Shown here in pieces: positions 63,092 to 64,000 of a stretch of 64,000 bases of DNA. The notes under the pieces were generated by a model that ran no database searches, was not told where the DNA came from, and worked only from the letters and a program-made list of their open reading frames with translations. The translations under genes were made by a program, and so were the position numbers. Each line of letters starts with the position of its first letter. The stretch's first letter is position 1. Source of the DNA: Ramazzottius varieornatus (lineage: Eukaryota; Animalia; Tardigrada); assembly GCA_001949185.1 (NCBI GenBank), contig BDGG01000002.1:5818448-5882447 (forward strand), given 5' to 3'.

Positions 63092-64000
63092 TGTTGTTGA
63101 AATTATTCGATGAGGATAACGATCTGCTGTAGATGGGTTCGAACTCTGTTCAGTCGTCACTGAACGATGTTCAAATTACGTTCACGCCACAGAAGTTTTC
63201 AGTATTCTTATTATTAGAACTCCATGCAGCTTTATGGTCTTCCTACAGTTTTACCTCCGAGATGTGTCAATTACTTTAATTTGACCGTGATATGCGAATC
63301 ACAGTGTGGGTGACCAAACACATGGCAGGCCACTAAAAGAACTGAATAAATGCAAGTGATTACTTGATTTGTGGTAACCGTGCTGAATGGCTTGCCATAT
63401 TTCGTTTGTTTTGGTCCACCGTGTAGTAAACAGATGGGTCATCGCAAAACAAATCAAGCGTTTGAATTGACACATCTGGGAGGTAGAACTGTATTTGACA
63501 ACTGGGAAACAGTCAGTTCAACAGTGGAGCAATACAAGACTTGCTAATATGATTGGCGAACCCGGAATTTTTCTGCAACGCATCAGATCCAGCTTTTCTT
63601 CCAGCAGCGATTTTCTTGGTCCACAAAAAGCGGCGAGGAAACACTCTCTGAACAAACTCGAGTCTGCTCGAGTGTTAGAAAGAAAGAATTAACCGTGAAA
63701 AGGAACGGCGACTTGAATATCGGAGAACCAGCTGCGAGAGGAGACAGCACACGTTTGTGGTATTGTTTTATCCAACGTCGACACCAAAGAGAAAACCAAT
63801 CAACCAACATTCCATCTTTCCGCTTTTCAACAAATACATAATTAATGACTTGCGACGTAAACCATGGGACAGTAGAGAAAAAGGAAAATACAGAAAAACT
63901 CCATTTACATTACAAGAGGTGAGTGAGCGCGAAGTCTCGTTGCTTCAGACAGGTTGCAGCTTCGGAACTGGCCGGAAGGGGATCCTCGTGAAGAGGGTGC

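Overview
Eukaryotic (animal) genomic DNA with compact genes and many short GT-AG introns. The style suggests a small-genome ecdysozoan, possibly a tardigrade; that is inference only. About 1-42.7 kb is gene-dense: a catalytically dead Calpain-C-like gene (5' part outside the window), an orphan single-pass membrane protein, katanin p80, Notum, two tandem 2-Cys peroxiredoxins, ZUP1, CPOX, a SAM-less WDSUB1, an SLC22 transporter, a CCCH-finger plus extended-Tudor (Krimper-like) gene, XLF/NHEJ1, p66/GATAD2, MDH2 and a divergent CNOT9. About 42.7-61.6 kb is a nest of decayed DNA transposons: Tc4/Tc5-like elements at CTNAG sites, a DD35D pogo nested in a hAT MITE, a dead hAT transposase and many MITEs with visible TIRs/TSDs. 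This is followed by a 5'-truncated, apparently frameshifted, intron-containing PSMD3 copy. Gene models were assembled by eye from splice signals, so terminal exon boundaries are approximate. No CRISPR array, rRNA or tRNA gene was recognised.
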